Made by a program: the position numbers and the translations under genes. A DNA stretch of 64,000 nt from the NCBI RefSeq assembly GCF_009834535.1, contig NC_045697.1, positions 105,898,001 through 105,962,000 on the forward strand. The letters run 5' to 3'. Source of the stretch: Camelus ferus (taxonomy: Eukaryota). Positions within the stretch are counted from its first letter, which is position 1, and each line of letters opens with the position of its first letter. Positions 59,090 through 64,000 of the stretch are shown one piece after another. The notes beneath the pieces are model-generated. The model was not told the origin of the DNA and did no database searches. It worked only from the letters and a program-made list of their open reading frames with translations.

Positions 59090-59915
59090 TGGAGGAAAAT
59101 GAATGTAAAGGAAGCAAACAAGAAAAAAAAAGAATAGAGAAAGACAATGAAATAAACACCCAGTTCTAGAAAAATACTATTAACATAGATGAAACTCTGC
59201 CAATATTGGTCAGGAAAAAAAAAAAAAAGAGAAAAAGAGAGAGAAAAGCAATGGATGGATTGATGGATGGATGGATAGATGTATTGAAAAGAACACCATA
59301 AGTATAGATAATATTGAGGATTTTTAAAACTTATTAAAAGTAGGAGAAGCTTTATGATAATGAATTTAAAATCACAAAATGCTATCTAGAAATATGTAAG
59401 TTAATAAAATGTACTCATTGTAAATAAAAAATCTAAACGGGCTTATAGCATTTAAAAAGATACAATCATTATAGAAAAATCCACATACAAGAAAAACAAC
59501 AGGTCTAGGTGTTTCAATTGACATGATTTACCAAGTTATCAAGAAATAGATTACCCTTTTCTTATAAAACTCTTTCAGAGTTTAGGAAAAAATTAAAACT
59601 CCTCAACTAATTTTATGAAACTAGTGTGAGTTTGATAATGATTCTGCAAGTAAATGGAGCCGGGAAACTTATTAGCCATGATCATTTATGAAATAGGTGC
59701 AAAATACTGTATGACATAGTAAACTGACTCGCACTTCTGCGTGTGTTCGTGCACACGTGTACACAGGAAAAACAATCTCATGACTCAGTACGCTTTATCC
59801 TGAGGCTATTAAGACAATTTAAACTTAGAAAATGCATTGATGTAATACACCAACTTGACAGTGTAAAGAAAAAAACTCATATCGTTAAATGCAGCAGTCA
59901 TTTAATAAAATTCAA
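59090..59915 (+). mobile_element. Highly decayed L1 ORF2 internal fragment
   Basis: caatgaaataaacacccagttctagaaaaatact...taccaagttatcaagaaatagattaccc...aaactctttcagag...ctcctcaactaattttatgaaactag...tttaataaaattcaaa. Confidence 0.7.
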
Positions 59916-60227
59916 AACCAGCCAAATGCAGATCGAAAATTTCAGGAAAAAATTTCAGGGAGTTGCAAAAAGCAAAACTTTGCCACGCACTGGCAACTGT
60001 TCACAGAGCGTTTGTATTTACAACTACTTAGACAGCGCTTACATGGTATTAGTTATTATAAGGAATCTTCTAAATCTTAAGAGATGACAAAGTATCCAGG
60101 AGGATGTGTGTCGATTGTATGCAAATATTGCACCATTTTATTTATAGAAAGGACTTGAGCATCCACAGACTTCGCTGCCCGCAGGGGTCCTGAAACCAAT
60201 CCCCTGCAGGTACTGAGGAGCAACTTT
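59915..60227. mobile_element. TcMar-Tigger MITE (MER2/MER2B-like), one end truncated
   Basis: gatcgaaaat...caaaaagcaaaactt...ggaggatgtgtgtcgattgtatgcaaatattgcaccatttta...ggacttgagcatccacag...ggtcctgaaaccaatcccctgcaggtactgagg. Confidence 0.85.
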
Positions 60228-60640
60228 AGTTCAAATTCATTTGGCTGTAGGCAACAGAGTCTTATTTCAAATTAGCTTAATTAACATGAACATCTACTAT
60301 AGTCTGAGTGCAGAGTTTAGACCAAAATCAGACTTATAACTGCTCAACAAGTCTTCAAGGACACAGTTCTTTCCAATACTGCTTCTGCCATTCTTAGTAT
60401 CTCAGTTTGTATCACAGACTAGACTCTCCCTCTCTTGGCAGCAAGAACGCTGCAGCTATTCTGTGGATCTCATCCAGACAGATAACGTCCCAAAGGAAAG
60501 GAGGCCCTGATATCCCTGTGGCTTCTAAAAGGGGTGAGGAAATCAGAAGTTCATGCTTCTTTGGTCAGCATTGGTCATGTACCCATTCTCAGACCAATTA
60601 CTGGCCAAAAGAATGGAAGAACATAATCATTGGAGTGAGG
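60228..60640 (-). mobile_element. Old MLT1-type LTR remnant
   Basis: attcatttggctgtaggcaacaga...aaattagcttaa...tgcttctgccattcttag...ttggtcagcattggtcatgtacccattctcagaccaattactggccaaa. Confidence 0.6.
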
Positions 60641-61269
60641 CTTTTCATAGCAAAAGGTTAGAGACTAAATATTCATTGATAAGCAAATGGATAAAATTTT
60701 ATATTACAGTTACAATAGAATGCTATATAATAATGCTAACAAGAGTTATAAACGACATTTATTAAGGCTTTACTATATGCTAAGCACTCTTCTAAGCACT
60801 TGCCCAATACGTATTCTTTTTTCTAGCACAAAACCCAATGCTGGTTGGGCATTTAAATTGAGATAGCAATTTTATTCTATTTCATACCCATTAGACTGAC
60901 AAAAATTAAAGGTTCTGGTAATGAACAGTGTTGGTAAAGATACATGTTGTGTGTATGAACACACATATATACCTATATATAAATATATATGAGACAGAAA
61001 CTTCATATACTACTATAAAAGTTTAATTTTTCATATTAATTAAATAACTTATTCAAAGTCACAAAGCTTAATAGAGACAGAATTTGAATTCAGTCTTTAA
61101 TTAGTAGTTAAAATAAATAAATTAAATTCATAGGTATTTATGTGGAAACTATTAAAAGCATAATCTTGAGTAGATAGCAGCCCTTCAATGTAAAAGGAAA
61201 CATGAAAAATAGACTGAGTTTGTCAAGGGGGAAGAGGGGAGGGGGAAGGGACCTTTAATGAGCTCATTT

Positions 61270-62110
61270 GGGAGTGGGTTGTATTGAAGACCAAAAGCAA
61301 GGCTGATGCCACGTAGTCATCTGTACAACTATCCAGGATGCATCAGATGCAAAGATTTCAAAGAAAGAGGTTTGGATCTGGAAAGTTGAGAGTTATGAAG
61401 GTAGCAGTGGAAACTGAGCGAATGGATTTAAAGTGAAAAGAGGGAAGTTACGAAGAAACGGGTCCTGAGGTTAAGGAGAAAGGAGCCAGAAAAGAAGACT
61501 GAGAACATCCAAGTGACTGTAGATGAGAGAGGAATGTCTCAGACATGAGTGAGGGGTGAACCTCCAGTCCGTCATGGCCAATAATGTCATGTGCTGCAGA
61601 GAGTAGTAAAAACACTTGGTATATCGTGAAAGACCTTGACGAAACCAGTTTCAAACGCAGTTATAGTTAGAAACTTGCACTGTGCTTTGAAAAGTCAATA
61701 GGAGATGAGTAAGAGGGTAGGGGAAATGCATCCTGTTTTTCAGAGGAGCTTGGTCAGGGAAGGAGAGTGTGTGTTAGAGCACTAGCCAGAGGGAATGAAG
61801 GGTTTTCAGTGGAAAAGGCACAGGGATATTTGCAGCTCGTGTAAGAGTCAGTAGGGGGAGAGGTCCAAACTGTTGGAAAGATAGGGAAGAGTGGGACTTA
61901 CCATGACAGCAACATCTGGACGAAGCTGAGAAGCCGTGGATCAAGAGCACAGGTGGAGAATTCAGCCTTGAACGTGAGAAGCAGTGGGGAAGTGAACGAG
62001 AGATCTCCCAGATGAGAAGAGAGACAGATGGAACAAAGAAAGGGGAGAAATGAGTTTTATCCTGCTGTGTTTCCAATCAGCTCTTCCCAGGAGGGATGCT
62101 TGGCGAGAAA
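61270..62110 (-). mobile_element. L2 (degenerate)
   Basis: ggtttggatctggaaagttgagag...ggagccagaaaagaagactgag...gaccttgacgaaaccagtttca...gagcacaggtggagaattcagccttg. Confidence 0.6.
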
Positions 62111-62544
62111 AGCAGGAAACAGACAGGTGGCCCAAAGTCTGTTGGGTAAAGTTAATATATAGTTGCTTGATTATTCAGGTCTGAGTTTTAGGACAAAAAG
62201 TAGTAGATTAAAAGCAATCACTGCAAATTTATGAATCACATCCAGTTGCCCAGACACCAGTCTCCTGACCTCAATTTCTGCCTCCCTTAGTGAGCGGAGC
62301 TGGAGTGTTGCCTATGTGGAGGCCATCCTGATTTGAAACGAAAAAGCAAACTGAAGCCAGAAGAGTTAAAGAAAACACTCACCAGATGTCAGTGCCAAAA
62401 GCTGAAGGCCACCTAGAGATCATCCCCACAATCTCTCTTCCACGGAGGAGAAAATTAAGTCGCAAAAGCATTCACAACAGCCCCACGGTCATCAAGTGAT
62501 TGATTGCTGAAGGTCTCATGGTTCCTATTGAACACATTGAACAT

Positions 62545-62705
62545 TTTACCTCTTTAATTCATTTCTTATTTGCCTCATCCCATGAGAATGTGCTCTCCCT
62601 GAGACCAGAGATTTTTGTCTTATTTGCTCACTGCCGCTGCCTCAACCCTCACCGTGTGCCTGGTGTTTACAAGGCACCTGATCATTATTTGCTGAGTAAA
62701 TGAAT
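62545..62705 (+). mobile_element. L2 3' end
   Basis: gaatgtgctctccctgagaccagagatttttgtcttatttgctcactg...cgtgtgcctggtg...ttatttgctgagtaaatgaat. Confidence 0.75.
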
Positions 62706-63313
62706 CGCATCTTCTACGTCCCCAACACACTTTCACGGAGAGCACATCAGAGTGAGATTGGTACTTCTCACAACCACCTCCAGGCAAGCCACTTTGCCAT
62801 TATCTGCTTCTTCACTGGGTAGGGAAAGCTGTGGGGCAGAGCAGAATTCAAATCCAAGACTGCCTGGTCTCAGCCAAATGTTGGATGAATTCAACTCATT
62901 CGGTTAGTTCTCCCTGAAAAACACGGAAGGGATTTTTGTGGCAAATCAATGTTACAAGACGAACTATAAGGAGTTTATACAACAATGGGCTTCGTGGTTT
63001 ATTTTTTTTTGGATGTCTACATTTATGTCTTTATCCATAAATTTATGTCTGTGCCCACATTTACGCCACACGAGAGAAATGCCGTAGTAAAGATTCACTG
63101 GGTCTGTTGCTAGGGGAGTGTTATGAACATTGTAACTTCTTATGACCCTTCCTTTTTCAGTTTTTATGTGGAAAAAAAAATATGAGAACGAAGCATTGTG
63201 AAGCTGGCGACTGCAAAGAAGAGAGTTGGTAGATTCTGGGTGAATCTCAGAGAGGTATTTCCTACTCTCTCTGAAGTACAACTTTTTTTTCTTTTTGTTT
63301 AATTTTTGTGCAG

Positions 63314-63416
63314 GAGTCATCTGCAGGGATGCGAAGGAGAAACACTTCGAATGAAGATGTGTCCATTTCAGGGGGAGCACGTGAAACCACGACAAAACGT
63401 TCGTTCATGGAATTAG
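63314..63416 (+). other. Candidate internal exon (103 nt) of an unidentified transcript
   Basis: Long T-tract acceptor ttttttttctttttgtttaatttttgtgcag|, donor TAG|gtgaga, several retained CpGs, phase-0 frame open. Confidence 0.3.
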
Positions 63417-64000
63417 GTGAGACAATTCCCTCTTTATGGACGTGAGGTTTGCACTTGTGTATTAAAGATTCAGGTTGCCTGAGGCCTCCTGGTATCTTTT
63501 TTGTACCCCAAATTCTTCACAGAAAATGTGCAGATTAGTAGTAGCAGAGTGCCAAACTTTATAATATATTTAATAGGGTGTTAAATAGTAAATTCAGGTT
63601 CCAGAATTTTTGCTAAGATACAAAGCCAAGAACAAATATATCTCAGGTCCTAAGCTGAGAAAGTCCACCACCTTCCTACCGGTTATTAGTGAAAAGAGCC
63701 AGTTCAGAAAATGTCTAGGCCACCAGCTCTCCCCGCTCTCTAGCACTATCCCAGTCAGAGTTAAGAGGAGGGTTGAGTAAGGAAAGAGGTGGTAAGCCTT
63801 GTGAAGAGAGCGGACTTTGGGTAAGGGAAGAAAGCACTGCTTTTCCCTTTCTGAAGCTCAGTGGGAGAACTCCAAGAGGATCACATAAGGATTGACGGCA
63901 CTTGCAAGGGGAGCCTGGCAACACGACTCTCAGCAGGCGGTGTGCCCAGCTGCAGGACCCACACGTCCCCTCCTGCGCCATCATTAATGCTGAGCACTAT

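Noticed and set aside
63930..63943. CTCF-like TCAGCAGGCGGTGT
   Set aside because: Only 10 of 14 consensus positions match; cannot be supported without PWM scoring or ChIP data.
186..63984. The many 60-190 aa ORFs in the provided track
   Set aside because: Apart from L1 remnants they show no recognisable domains. Many are antisense to repeats or low-complexity F/L/S-rich, as expected by chance.
1..64000. CRISPR arrays, operons, rRNA or other prokaryotic systems
   Set aside because: The sequence is clearly mammalian; no repeat-spacer arrays or gene-dense regions are present.

Overview
This is mammalian nuclear DNA, most likely from a camelid. The evidence is a tRNA-derived SINE at 31492-31680 that resembles camelid Vic-1 and two young L1 3' ends resembling camelid/cetartiodactyl L1s. 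The window is AT-rich and CpG-depleted, and much of it is transposon-derived: L1s of several ages, HAL1, L2, MIR, MaLR (MLT1) solo LTRs and MER DNA transposons. I recognise no host protein-coding gene. The only provided ORFs with recognisable homology are L1 remnants (7594-8106, 22518-22772, 23805-24014); the rest look like chance ORFs. The window therefore reads as intergenic DNA or a large intron. Directly visible structure includes: a young 5'-truncated L1 with a perfect 16-bp TSD; a 4.5-kb L1 whose RT core is deleted at an AAAG microhomology; a 7-kb ancient L1 with five nested insertions, one a twin-priming 5' inversion; and several TSD-bounded SINE/LTR/MER insertions. Repeat-poor blocks (about 33-42, 45.4-52.7, 56-59 and 62.9-64 kb) contain candidate exons on both strands and homeodomain/TALE motif clusters; these are hypotheses only. 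I found no convincing novel biological system. Repeat subfamily names come from remembered consensus sequences and need RepeatMasker/Dfam confirmation; boundaries are approximate unless a TSD is given.
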